Source of the DNA: Acidobacteriota bacterium | GTDB taxonomy: Bacteria > Acidobacteriota > UBA890 > WLXD01 | NCBI GenBank assembly: GCA_963666215.2 | Contig: CAXWPL010000004.1 | Coordinates: forward strand, 32,001 to 96,000 | DNA: 64,000 nucleotides | Direction: 5' to 3' | Shown here: positions 17,540 to 27,381 of the stretch, piece by piece | Layout: each line of letters starts with the position of its first letter | Numbering within the stretch: the stretch's first letter is position 1 | Notes under the pieces: model-generated | The model's database searches: none | Seen by the model: the letters and a program-made list of their open reading frames with translations, nothing else | Told to the model about the DNA's origin: nothing | Made by a program: the position numbers and the translations under genes

Positions 17540-20140
17540 ATGCTCACAGCGCGCGCAACGCTCGCCCTCCTGATCGCCGCCGGCACGCTAGCTCCTGACC
17601 TCGGGCTGACTCTGACCTCCGAGGACCCGGATCCGCTGCCGGAGCTGTATCAGGCGCTGCAGAACGCGCAGCTCCGATCCGCAGGGGCGCTGCGCAACAG
17701 CAGCTTCGAGGTCGACCGTATCCGCTTCCATTTCGGCGAAGGTGAGCTGTACCTACTCGACCCTGCCGCCGGCGTGGTCACGGGCGCCGTGGTTCTCGGA
17801 AAGGGCACCATCCGGGTGCGGCCGCCAAGTGCCGTGGAGCGCCAGCAGCTCGACAAGCACCTCGACGAGGAGGAGCTCGACGAGGAGTTCAACGGCCTCG
17901 TCATGCGCTTCACCGACGACTCCGCCGAGCGCCTGCGGGCGCTGACCACGGCGGCTCGCAAGCCCGACGTCGGCAAGGCACAGAAGCTGTATCGCGACCG
18001 CATCAAGAAGGCTCTCGAGAACCGGCTGACAGACCTCGACGCGCGCGTGCTGCACGATTTGGTGAGCGTCGCACGTGGCCAGGTCGCGAGCTCGAGTCTG
18101 AATGAGGTAGGCAGGCGTCAGGGGTACTTCGCCGCCGAGGTCGACGCCAAGGGTTGGTTTACCGTCGATGTCGACCCCTTGAATCGCGAGGAGATTCGCA
18201 TCTTCCAGGCACGTGATCTACGCCGCACATGGGATCACTGGACACACTTTCATGTGGCCTCCGACTACCCCGCCGGCGGCGACGAGCCGGAGGGTGGCAG
18301 CCCCGCCGCGCCGCAGGCCACTCTCGAGGGCTGGACACCGGCCATTCGACAGCTCGAGGTCGCGGTGGACCTGCTGCTCGACAACGGGGAGGAAGTCGAA
18401 GGCAACGCTGAGCTGCTGCTCGAGGCCACACGGCCGCTCGATGCGCTGCGACTGCAGATTTCGCCGATTCTCGACGTCAGTCAGATTCGCTTCGCTGTGC
18501 CGCCCGTCGATCGAGGCGGCAGCGGCAGCCCCGCGCCGTCGACGCAGCCGACGATACCGCGCTCCGACTCTACGCTCGACAGCCCGCCGGGCGAGCTCCC
18601 CGACATCGAGGGTGACCCGCTCGAGTTCGTCCAGGCTCACGTGGGACGTGGCCTCAACGAAGATCGCTGGGACCCGCGCGTAACCGTTGTGCTGCCGCGC
18701 ACGATGGCCGCCGGCGAGCGCTTCCTACTGCGATTCCGCTATTCGGGTGACCTGCTCGCAAGGTTGCGCGCCGGCGACTTCGTAGTGCGCGACACCGAGA
18801 CCTGGTACCCGCGCGACCCGGAAGCGGGACGGGCAAAGTACGACATGACCTTCCGCATGCCCGATCGCTACCGCGTCGCGAGCGGCGGCACTCTCGTTGA
18901 TGAGCAACTGCTCGATGGCAAGCGTGTTGCCCGCTGGGTCGTCGACGAGCCCGTTGCCGCGATGTCGTTCCACTACGGTCGCCTGGACGTCGACGAGTAC
19001 ACACCCGAAGGGATACCGCCCATCTCGATCTACACCAGCCCCAACACCCTCGGATTCGCGCCCGGCGCGCGCGAAAAGACACTCGAGGACATCAGCGGAG
19101 CGCTCGGTCTCTACACCCACTACTTCGGCCCGCCGCCGTTCAACAAGCTCGTGCTCACCGAGACGGCCTCGTCGAGCGGCCAGTCGTTTCCCGGCTTCGT
19201 GCGCATCAGCTTCGCCACCTCGGGCGGCATGCATACCGGCGAGGCCGAGCTCTTCCGCACCCACGAGCTCGCCCACCAGTGGTGGGGCAATGCCATCGGC
19301 TGGGATACCTACCGCGACCAGTGGATGTCGGAGGGATTCGCGCAGTACGCCGCCGCTCTCTACGTGCTGGAGGGACTCGGCGAGGAAGACAAGTTCCTCG
19401 AGATGATGTCGGCTTGGAGCAAAGACGTGCGCGGACAAATGGACGTCGCACAGGCGATTGGCGTGCGCCACTACGGTTTTTCGCCCGGCGCCATGCGCGT
19501 TAGCGATGGCAACAAGACGGGTGCGCTGTGGGTGGGCTATCGCCTCAATTCCGACGACACGCCCATCGACTACCGCGTGCAGATCTACGAGAAGGGCGCG
19601 TATGTGCTGCACATGTTGCGCATGATGCTGGTCGACTGGGAGGGGCCCTCCGGATCTTCTGAAAGCGCCGAGGACGGCGGGCTCGAGCGCAACAGCGAGC
19701 GGTCAGAATCGCCCTCAATCGGTGACGACACCCGCTTCCGCCGGATGATGCGCGAGTTCTCGGTTGCCAACGTCGGCAAGGACCCCAGCACCGAGGATTT
19801 TCTTGCTGCCGTGTCGCGGGCTTTCGACCAGCCCATGGACTGGTTCTTCGATCAATGGGTTTACGGCACGGAGGTCCCCGTTTACCGCGCCGACCTCGAA
19901 GCCGAGCGCGATCCCGATGGAACCTGGCACCTGCGCGGCCGCGTTCGCCAGGAGGACGTGGCCGACGACTTCCGCATGCCCGTTCCCATCCGCGTGAGTT
20001 ACGAGAATCAAGAGCCCATTGTCCATACGATCTGGGTCGACCGACCCGAGGTCGAGGTTGATCTACCGCTGCCCGATCGTGACAAGCCCGACGACATTGA
20101 ATTCAACGTCATGTTCGCCGTGCTGGCGCAGGTCAAATAG
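17540..20140 (+). CDS. M1 family aminopeptidase, secreted
   Basis: GQSFPG, HELAHQWWG, WMSEGFAQY, YEKGAYVLHMLR. Confidence 0.9.
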   Translation: MLTARATLALLIAAGTLAPDLGLTLTSEDPDPLPELYQALQNAQLRSAGALRNSSFEVDRIRFHFGEGELYLLDPAAGVVTGAVVLGKGTIRVRPPSAVERQQLDKHLDEEELDEEFNGLVMRFTDDSAERLRALTTAARKPDVGKAQKLYRDRIKKALENRLTDLDARVLHDLVSVARGQVASSSLNEVGRRQGYFAAEVDAKGWFTVDVDPLNREEIRIFQARDLRRTWDHWTHFHVASDYPAGGDEPEGGSPAAPQATLEGWTPAIRQLEVAVDLLLDNGEEVEGNAELLLEATRPLDALRLQISPILDVSQIRFAVPPVDRGGSGSPAPSTQPTIPRSDSTLDSPPGELPDIEGDPLEFVQAHVGRGLNEDRWDPRVTVVLPRTMAAGERFLLRFRYSGDLLARLRAGDFVVRDTETWYPRDPEAGRAKYDMTFRMPDRYRVASGGTLVDEQLLDGKRVARWVVDEPVAAMSFHYGRLDVDEYTPEGIPPISIYTSPNTLGFAPGAREKTLEDISGALGLYTHYFGPPPFNKLVLTETASSSGQSFPGFVRISFATSGGMHTGEAELFRTHELAHQWWGNAIGWDTYRDQWMSEGFAQYAAALYVLEGLGEEDKFLEMMSAWSKDVRGQMDVAQAIGVRHYGFSPGAMRVSDGNKTGALWVGYRLNSDDTPIDYRVQIYEKGAYVLHMLRMMLVDWEGPSGSSESAEDGGLERNSERSESPSIGDDTRFRRMMREFSVANVGKDPSTEDFLAAVSRAFDQPMDWFFDQWVYGTEVPVYRADLEAERDPDGTWHLRGRVRQEDVADDFRMPVPIRVSYENQEPIVHTIWVDRPEVEVDLPLPDRDKPDDIEFNVMFAVLAQVK

Positions 20141-20253
20141 GTGGAACAAGCCACAATCGGCAATGGCGCCGCGACTCTTGGCCCCACGATCGGCCACCGC
20201 CCAGCGGCTCGTGACGTGGGCCGATCGCTCCGCGCCGCCAAGTGAGGACGTAG

Positions 20254-20664
20254 TTGTCGACAATCGCCGAGTGGCCGGTACTCTGGCTCGCCGTTCTGGG
20301 CAGCGCCGCCGCGGGGCTCGCTACCGGCGTGGGCGCGCTGCCTGTGTTCATCCCGCATGCCCGAGGGCCTGGTCGTCGCCCTGGCGCTGGTGACCGAGCG
20401 CTACACACGCACGCAGGCCTTCACGGTCGCCCTACTGTCGGGCGCCTTTTGGAGCCGGTGGGAGGCCTGATAGGAGCCGGCCTCGTCGGGATCGCCCTGT
20501 CGTTGCTGCCGGTGGCGATGGGATTCGCCGCGGGAGCCATGCTCTACGTCATCAGCAAAGAGATCATCCCCGAGTCGCACCGGGGCGGCCACGAGAGCGC
20601 GGCAACCGGCGGCGTGCTGGTGGGCTTCGTGATCATGACGATGCTGGACGTCGTACTCGGTTGA
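20254..20664 (+). pseudogene. ZIP (GufA/ZupT) metal transporter, internally deleted and frameshifted
   Basis: TM1 GLATGVGALP and C-terminal EPVGG..GFAAGAMLYVISKEIIPESH are in one frame; MPEGLVVALAL..(20357-20443) is in another; central TMs are missing. Confidence 0.8.
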
Positions 20665-20759
20665 CACAACGCCTCGCTCGTCGCCCGCGGCGTGTGCTTG
20701 AAGACTCCGCCTGATCCCCGTGTCACGGCCGCGTTCCGGGCCAGCCCCTGTGAGATTCG

Positions 20760-21332
20760 ATGAGCAATCAAGCCGTCCAGAACCGACCCCCCGGCGGAGT
20801 TACTCTGGCTTTCGCCGACGCACTCGCGATCGTCTGGGCCGTGCCGGCCCAAGCTCAGCAGGCCCCGCAAGCTCCGCCGGCACCGTCTGTCGAGATCCGC
20901 AACGCCAAGCTGCTCGGCGACGACCTGCTGCTAGGTGGCCAACCGACGCGCGAACAACTCCAAGAGATCGCGGAGGCGGGCTACGTGACGGTGATCGACC
21001 TGCGTATGCCCGACGAGGATCGAGGCTTCGACGAGCCCGCGGTCGCCAAGGAGCTCGGCCTCGGGTACCACTCGCTCCCGGTTGCTGGCGCCGACGGCAT
21101 GACACGAGAGAACGCCAGCCGCCTCGCCGAGCTGCTCGCCGACACCGAGCGACGTCCAGTGGTGATCCACTGTGGCAGCGGTAACCGCGTCGGTGGGCTC
21201 CTGGCGCTTCAGGCGTTCTACGTCGACGGCCTGAGCGCCGACGAGGCCCTCCAACTCGGCCTCGACAACGGCCTGACGTCGCTCAGCGAGGCCGTTCGCG
21301 AGCACCTGCGACGAGCCGGAAGCCAAAGATAG
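20760..21332 (+). CDS. DUF442/Blh-type sulfurtransferase (PTP-like fold)
   Basis: GGQP, VIDLR..DE, PVVIHCGSGNRVG. Confidence 0.85.
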   Translation: MSNQAVQNRPPGGVTLAFADALAIVWAVPAQAQQAPQAPPAPSVEIRNAKLLGDDLLLGGQPTREQLQEIAEAGYVTVIDLRMPDEDRGFDEPAVAKELGLGYHSLPVAGADGMTRENASRLAELLADTERRPVVIHCGSGNRVGGLLALQAFYVDGLSADEALQLGLDNGLTSLSEAVREHLRRAGSQR

Positions 21333-21334
21333 GG

Positions 21335-21407
21335 CTAGCCTAGCTTGCTGTAGAGCACGAACACGCCCATCACCACGAGAAAGAGCGCGAAAGCCCTACG
21401 CAGGCAT
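21335..21407 (-). pseudogene. remnant of a TauE/SafE (TSUP) permease
   Basis: ATG 21407 is followed out of frame by LRRAFALFLVVMGVFVLYSKLG*, resembling the last TSUP helix; lies directly after the YeeE genes. Confidence 0.55.
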
Positions 21408-21419
21408 AGGCCCTTACGG

Positions 21420-21845
21420 TCAGTGTGGCAGGGACGGACGAAACCGACCGTACGTCCAGGCACCGACGAGCGCGGCCACAAGGACAACAACGTAGGCCGA
21501 GTAGCCGCCGCCGATCAGCGCGTAGGTGGGGCCCGGGCAAGCGCCGGTGAGCCCCCAGCCGAGCCCGAAGGCGGTGCCGCCAAGCCAGTGCCGCGTGGAA
21601 GGCGACTCGGCCACGCGTGAGAGTCCCAGCAGCCGGCGGCCGATCGCCGCGACCGAGATTGCCGAGGCGATCACGCCGTACATGTGGAAGCTCTGGAAGC
21701 GGAACATCTCCTGAATGCGAAACCAGGAGACGACCTCCGACTTCACCAGGACAACGCCGAACGCGATGCCGACAAGGAGGAACGGCCACAGCCTCTGGGT
21801 CGAGCTGCCGGCGCCGCTGGCCCGCACATCGGTCGAAGCATCCAT
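21420..21845 (-). CDS. YeeE/YedE family sulfur transporter subunit
   Basis: KSEVVSWFRIQEMFRFQSFHMYG, FGLGWGLTGACPGP. Confidence 0.9.
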   Translation of the reverse strand: MDASTDVRASGAGSSTQRLWPFLLVGIAFGVVLVKSEVVSWFRIQEMFRFQSFHMYGVIASAISVAAIGRRLLGLSRVAESPSTRHWLGGTAFGLGWGLTGACPGPTYALIGGGYSAYVVVLVAALVGAWTYGRFRPSLPH

Positions 21846-21851
21846 CGTCCG

Positions 21852-22415
21852 CTAGCCCCCGAGAACCAGCGGCAGCAGGAAGTGCGTCGCCGCAAGCCCT
21901 CCCGCGAAAAAGCCAAGGACCGCGCCGAGCGACGAGAGCCGCAGCTCGGCGAGCCCGGTGATCGCGTGCCCTGACGTGCAGCCGTTGGCATACCGCGTCC
22001 CGAAGCCGACCAGGAATCCGCCCACAACCATCGCCATAAAGCCGCCGACGGAGGCCAGCCGGTCCCAGGCAAACAGCTCGCTCGGAGCGAGCCCACCGAA
22101 GTCATGCAGTCCCAGCGTCTCCAGAGCGGCGCGCGTCGCAGGCGCCAGATCGACCTCCGCCGCGCTCGGAAGCAGCGTCGCCGCCGCGACGCCGCCCAGA
22201 AGGATCCCGAACACGAAGATCAGGTTCCAACCACCCTCCGAACGCCAGTCGTAGCGGAAGTACTCGGCCTTACCCGGCACCATCGCGGCGCAGGCATGGC
22301 GCAAGCTCGAAGAAACTCCGAAGCGGCGGCCCAGCAGGTGCAGCACCGGTACCAACAGTCCGATCAACGGCCCCGCGACGTACCACGGCCACGGGCCGGT
22401 TGCGGCCTCGTACAT
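21852..22415 (-). CDS. YeeE/YedE family sulfur transporter subunit
   Basis: WPWYVAGPLIGL, FGVSSSLRHAC, GFGTRYANGCTSGHAITG. Confidence 0.92.
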   Translation of the reverse strand: MYEAATGPWPWYVAGPLIGLLVPVLHLLGRRFGVSSSLRHACAAMVPGKAEYFRYDWRSEGGWNLIFVFGILLGGVAAATLLPSAAEVDLAPATRAALETLGLHDFGGLAPSELFAWDRLASVGGFMAMVVGGFLVGFGTRYANGCTSGHAITGLAELRLSSLGAVLGFFAGGLAATHFLLPLVLGG

Positions 22416-22437
22416 CGCTCGGTCTCGCTCTCAGATC

Positions 22438-22800
22438 CTAGCGGCGGAAACCGTACTCGAGCGTGAAGAACTGCGGCCCCAGCTCAGCCAGAGGTCCGCG
22501 CAGCTGCGCGATCTCGCTCTCGGGGCCATGGACCTCGAGCCTCGTGATATCCGCGATCTTCAGCGCCTCCTGAAACGCTTCGCCGACGTTCTCGAGGTGC
22601 GCCAGAACGCCGGCAGCATTCGCGTATCCCTCGCGGCAGTGAGCCTGATCGCCGTCGAAGCTGAAGCCGTAGAACAGCACGGCGCTCTCCTGCGACGCCT
22701 GCTCCATGAAGCCCTCGCAGAGCGCCTTGAACTCGTCCAGCTTGCCTTCATGGACCTTGAAGTAGGGGACGAATGTGCAACAGGTGTCCGATGGCGCCAT
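22438..22800 (-). CDS. dimeric alpha+beta barrel (ABM-like) protein
   Basis: PYFKV..GK.DEFKA, LFYGFSF, CREGY..A.GVLAHL, RLEVHGP. Confidence 0.75.
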   Translation of the reverse strand: MAPSDTCCTFVPYFKVHEGKLDEFKALCEGFMEQASQESAVLFYGFSFDGDQAHCREGYANAAGVLAHLENVGEAFQEALKIADITRLEVHGPESEIAQLRGPLAELGPQFFTLEYGFRR

Positions 22801-22887
22801 GTTCTCGTACCTTTCTGGAGGTGTTGGTAAGAATCGAAGAACTGTGGTTTCTCCCGCACCGAGTTACCAACCGTCAGGAGGCACTCG

Positions 22888-23283
22888 ATGGCGAAGGCCA
22901 TACACAGCATGATCCGGGTGATCGATCTCGATCGCTCGATCGCATTCTACCGGCTGGCGCTGGGGCTCGAGGTGGCCGACCGTTTCGATTTCGACGACTT
23001 CGTCCTGGTCTACCTGCGCAACGAGGAATCGGAGTTCGAGCTCGAGCTGACACTCAACAAGGACACCACCGAGCCCTACGATCACGGCACCGCGTACGGC
23101 CATTTCGCCGTCAGCGTGGACGATGCCCACGCCGAACACGCGCGCTTCGTCGCCGCGGGGCTGATGCCCGACGACGTCAAGGAGCTGCACCGCGACAGCT
23201 CGCTGCTGGGACGGTTCTTCTTCGTCACCGACCCCGACGGTTATCGAGTCGAGGTACTCGATCGAGGCGGGCGATTCCGGTAG
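22888..23283 (+). CDS. VOC/glyoxalase I family protein
   Basis: HSMIRV.DLDRSI.FY, ELELTLN, YGHFAV, DPDGYRVE. Confidence 0.92.
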   Translation: MAKAIHSMIRVIDLDRSIAFYRLALGLEVADRFDFDDFVLVYLRNEESEFELELTLNKDTTEPYDHGTAYGHFAVSVDDAHAEHARFVAAGLMPDDVKELHRDSSLLGRFFFVTDPDGYRVEVLDRGGRFR

Positions 23284-23479
23284 CACAAACACCCCGGTCT
23301 CCGCGCTCTGCTGAGGACCTCACCGCCTGAAGTCGGGCAACGGGACCTTACCTCTGCCCCTCGGTGGCGTGTCAATCAGGGCTACCGATCTCCCTGTAAG
23401 GACGGCGGCCGCGACGCTAGAATGCAGCTGATCCGTTCGCGAAACGAACCGTACCCGCCCAACTCCGGAGACAATCCAC

Positions 23480-24895
23480 ATGAGAAAGCGACCTGCGCTG
23501 TTCCTACAGCTGGCCCTTGTCGGAGCACTCACCGTCTCCGGAGTCGCGCAGGGCCAGCAGAGTGCGCAGGACCGCAGGATGTGGATCGACTCGAACGCCC
23601 GGACCACCGACGACCCGCGGCGTATTCCTATACCCCCGGGCCCGCAGGGTCCCGAGGGCACTCTGGTGCTTACCGGAGGACGGATCTTCGACGGAACCGG
23701 GGCTGCCGTGCGCCCGGGCACCCTGGTCATCGAACGCAACCGAATCGCGGAGATCCTGCCCGCCGGGTCAACGGATTGGCCTGCCGATGCCGAGGTGATC
23801 GATGTTGGCGGCAAGACCATCCTGTCCGGCCTCATCGACATCCATACTCATATCAGCGAGGCCATGCCGCCCCTCGATGACGGCCCCACGGTGATCTCGA
23901 ACGAAGCGATCCATACGCTCCATGCCGTCGAGCGCATGCGCTTCTATATCGAGAGCGGCATCACGACAGTTCGCGACCTCGGATCACATGGCGACATCCC
24001 GTTTCGCCTCAAGGACTTCGTCACCCAGAACCGCATACCCGGCCCCCGCCTTTTCGCCGCCGGCCAGGAGATCACGGGTACGGGTGGGCATCCAGCCGAG
24101 GGGATGCACATGAACGACCCGCTGGTCAACGCGGAGCGCACCGTTGACGGGGCAGACGCCTGGCGAAAGGCGGTGCGCGAACAGTTCAACAAGGGCGCCG
24201 ACCTGATCTCGGTCACGAATATGTTCAGCCGCGAAGAAATCACAACCGCCGTGGAAGAGGCCCACGCGCTGGGCATCAAGGTTTCGGTCGACGCCGGCGT
24301 CCACTCCTGGGGCTCCTCCTGGGCCACCGGGATGTTCTACCTCGAGTGGGCTGTCGAGGCCGGCGTCGACGTAGTGGAGCACATGGCGCCGCGCACCGAC
24401 GAGACCATCCAGTTGATGGCGGCGAAGGGCATCGCGTCCTCTCCGACAATGCGCCACGCCGAGGCGATGGACCAGATCACCGCCGGCGATTCGGTTATGG
24501 AGCTCTTTCGCAGGCAGAAGCGTGCGGGAATCAAGATGGCCATCGGTACCGACGAGGGAGGCACCGACGGGCTGCCCAACAGCTACATCGGGCAGCTGCA
24601 TCTGTTCGTCGAGGGCGGCTATACGATCACCGAAGCGCTCGTTGCGGCGACCAAGACCGGCGCTGAGATCCTCGATATGGACGACAAGCTGGGGACGATC
24701 GAGCCGGGCAAGCTGGCCGACATCACCGTCTTCGACGGCACACCGGATGTCGATCTCGACGATCTCGCCAACGTCAACCTCGTGATCCGCGACGGCCACG
24801 TGCTCGTCTGGGAAGGGCGCGTGTTTGTCCCGCGTCATGTGTCGGCGGGTGAGGATCGGGGCGCCGTAGGCAGGCTACCGATTCAATCGCAGTAA
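23480..24895 (+). CDS. secreted amidohydrolase family protein
   Basis: GLIDIHTH, GITTVRDLG, TGGH, IGTD, GTIEPGKLADI. Confidence 0.9.
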   Translation: MRKRPALFLQLALVGALTVSGVAQGQQSAQDRRMWIDSNARTTDDPRRIPIPPGPQGPEGTLVLTGGRIFDGTGAAVRPGTLVIERNRIAEILPAGSTDWPADAEVIDVGGKTILSGLIDIHTHISEAMPPLDDGPTVISNEAIHTLHAVERMRFYIESGITTVRDLGSHGDIPFRLKDFVTQNRIPGPRLFAAGQEITGTGGHPAEGMHMNDPLVNAERTVDGADAWRKAVREQFNKGADLISVTNMFSREEITTAVEEAHALGIKVSVDAGVHSWGSSWATGMFYLEWAVEAGVDVVEHMAPRTDETIQLMAAKGIASSPTMRHAEAMDQITAGDSVMELFRRQKRAGIKMAIGTDEGGTDGLPNSYIGQLHLFVEGGYTITEALVAATKTGAEILDMDDKLGTIEPGKLADITVFDGTPDVDLDDLANVNLVIRDGHVLVWEGRVFVPRHVSAGEDRGAVGRLPIQSQ

Positions 24896-24911
24896 CCCGG
24901 TGGATGGCCCA

Positions 24912-26387
24912 ATGAAACGTCGACTCGCCGCACTCGTCGCACTCCCCCTCCTACTATCCGCTCCCGCCGGCGCCCAGCAGGAGGAGAGCTACGACTACTG
25001 GCAGTTCAACCGCAAGATCGTCCGCTACGGCCAACAGGCCGTCATGATGTGCAACGGGCTGTTCACCTCCAACCGGACGCTCGAGCAGGTTTTCGAGCAG
25101 GATCTGGCTTTCATTCCAGAACCGGTCGGCACCGCGCGCGGCGGCGATTATGTTGTCGACTGGGAGCGCCGGGCCGTGGCCATCGGGGCACCTGACGGCC
25201 CACTGACCATGCGCGCCGCTTTCCGCGAAGGCGTCGGCTGCGTCGTCATGGGACCCGACCAGACGTTCGACGAGATCGACAGCTTGCCCGTCCTCGACGT
25301 GCCGCCACCGCAAGGCAATCCAGCCACCATGCCGTGGCCCGACGGCGACTGGATTGGCGACCAGCCGCTGCCACCCACGGTGGATGCGGCGGCCCTGCAG
25401 GCGGCATCCGACTGGGCGTTCGACCGCGAGTCGCCCGAGCAGGTAACGCTCAGCCTCCTGGTTGTCCACAACGGTCGCATCGTCCATGAGCGCTACGCAC
25501 CCGGTTTCGACGTCACCACGAGAACGCGCACCTGGTCGACGGCCAAGAGCATCGCGGGAACGCTGATCGGCATGCTGGTGGACGAGGGTCGACTGGCTCT
25601 GGATGAGCCTCTCGGGTTCGAGTGGTTTCCGAACTTGCCGTCGCCAGAAACCGATCCGCGCGCCGCCATCACGCTGCGGCACGTGTTGAACATGTCGAGC
25701 GGCCTGTATCCCAAGGGCTGGTTGGTTCCCGATCCTCCGACCGGCTCCGACATGGCCCACTGGGCCAGCGGTTCCGACATGGCCTACTGGTCAGGCGCCA
25801 GCTCGATCAAGGGTGCGCGCAACCGTTCGCTGATCCGCGAGCCGGGCACGTACTGGCACTACGAGAACTACGACACTCTTCTTGGCGTCTACGCCATGAA
25901 CCTGGCGCTGGGAGACGATCAGGAGTACGCGGCGTATCCACGCCATGCCTTGCTCGACCGAATCGGCATGCGCAATACGCTGCTGAGCATGGATCGCTTT
26001 GGTGACTTCATCCTCAGCAGCCAGGTCTACACCAACGCTCGCGACCTGGCCCGCTTCGGTCTCCTCTACCTCAACGGAGGTGTCTGGAACGGCGAAAGGC
26101 TCCTTTCAGAGGATTGGATCGAGTTCGCCCGCACCCCGGCACCCACCACCGCCGAGACCGGCAACGAATACGGCGCCCAATGGTGGCTCGTGCCGGATGA
26201 TCGAACCGACGTGCCCAAGGAGGCTTTCTCGACCTCCGGCAACCGCGGACAGTATTCCATCGTCGTCCCTTCGCACGACCTGGTGATCGTGCGCCGCGGC
26301 CTGGACTACGGAGAGATGGGCTTCGATCGCTGGGACCTGACGCGAGAGGTGGTGAAAGCGATCCGGAACTCGCCACATGTCCAGTAA
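24912..26387 (+). CDS. secreted serine hydrolase (class C beta-lactamase fold)
   Basis: Signal peptide, WSTAKS (SxxK), LNMSSGL, YEN, RDLARFGLLYL, GNRGQ. Confidence 0.9.
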   Translation: MKRRLAALVALPLLLSAPAGAQQEESYDYWQFNRKIVRYGQQAVMMCNGLFTSNRTLEQVFEQDLAFIPEPVGTARGGDYVVDWERRAVAIGAPDGPLTMRAAFREGVGCVVMGPDQTFDEIDSLPVLDVPPPQGNPATMPWPDGDWIGDQPLPPTVDAAALQAASDWAFDRESPEQVTLSLLVVHNGRIVHERYAPGFDVTTRTRTWSTAKSIAGTLIGMLVDEGRLALDEPLGFEWFPNLPSPETDPRAAITLRHVLNMSSGLYPKGWLVPDPPTGSDMAHWASGSDMAYWSGASSIKGARNRSLIREPGTYWHYENYDTLLGVYAMNLALGDDQEYAAYPRHALLDRIGMRNTLLSMDRFGDFILSSQVYTNARDLARFGLLYLNGGVWNGERLLSEDWIEFARTPAPTTAETGNEYGAQWWLVPDDRTDVPKEAFSTSGNRGQYSIVVPSHDLVIVRRGLDYGEMGFDRWDLTREVVKAIRNSPHVQ

Positions 26388-26495
26388 GCTCGGGGTAACG
26401 GTTCCCCTAGCGTGTACCGCGGCCTTACGGCGCGACCTGCCAGCGCTCGGTGCACCTCCGCGCCCGTGGCACGTCCGCGCGACCGGAAGTCCGGA

Positions 26496-27269
26496 TTACC
26501 TCAAGACGTTGTGCTTGAGGGTCTGCCAGAGGGCTTTGCAGCCGTCGCGCCAGGTGATCTTCTTGCCCTCGGCGTAGGTGCGGCCGTGGTAGTCGACAGG
26601 GACTTCGTAGATGCGGAAGCCCTTCTTGGCGACCTGGGCGGTGATCTCGACCTCGAAGCCGAAACGGTCCTCTGTGAAATGGAGATCTTTCAGAAGCTCG
26701 CGGCGGAAAACCTTGTAGCAGGTCCAGACGTCGCTGAGGTTGAGGTCGGTGAGCATGTTCGACAGCAGCGTCAGGAAGCGGTTGCCGATCGAGTGCCAGA
26801 AGTAGAGAACACGATGGGCGCCGGCGCCGGTGAAACGCGAGCCGTAGACGATGTCGGCGCGGCCCTTGTCGATGGGCTCGATGAGCGTGTGCCAGTCCTC
26901 GGGATCGTACTCGAGATCGGCGTCTTGGATCAGGACGATCTCGCCGCGCGCCAGCTCGAAGCCGCGACGTAGCGCGGCGCCCTTGCCGTAGTTGCGATCC
27001 TGCATCTCGACGCGCATGCGACTGACGTCGAGCTCGACGCCCGATTCGGGAAGCGTGAAGCGACCCGAACCGTCGCTCGCCGCGGCGGCCATCTGCACCA
27101 GAAGATCGCGCGTGCCATCAGTGGACATGTCGTCGACGAGGATGAGCTCCTTGTCGATTGCCACCGCCTGCACGCGCAGCAGGATCTCTTCGATGGTCGC
27201 CATCTCGTTGTAGATGGGCATGACGACGGAGACTTTCGGGATTGAATTGGGCTGTGGCTGGTTCGCCAT
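26496..27269 (-). CDS. glycosyltransferase family 2 (DPM1-like)
   Basis: VVMPIYNE, VDDMSTDGT, NYGKGAAL, QDADLEYDP, GRTYAEGKKITW. Confidence 0.93.
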   Translation of the reverse strand: MANQPQPNSIPKVSVVMPIYNEMATIEEILLRVQAVAIDKELILVDDMSTDGTRDLLVQMAAAASDGSGRFTLPESGVELDVSRMRVEMQDRNYGKGAALRRGFELARGEIVLIQDADLEYDPEDWHTLIEPIDKGRADIVYGSRFTGAGAHRVLYFWHSIGNRFLTLLSNMLTDLNLSDVWTCYKVFRRELLKDLHFTEDRFGFEVEITAQVAKKGFRIYEVPVDYHGRTYAEGKKITWRDGCKALWQTLKHNVLR

Positions 27270-27381
27270 TCCCCTGTCCTCGAAGGCTTCGGGAGACTCG
27301 ACTGCACGCGCTGCTTCGACCTGCATTCCACACCCCCCTGGCACACTCGCCGCACCCACGTCACCTGCCTCGGCAGCCGGC

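Noticed and set aside
27339-27354. TGGCAC..GC sigma-54-like box
   Set aside because: Lacks TTGC and points opposite to the local genes
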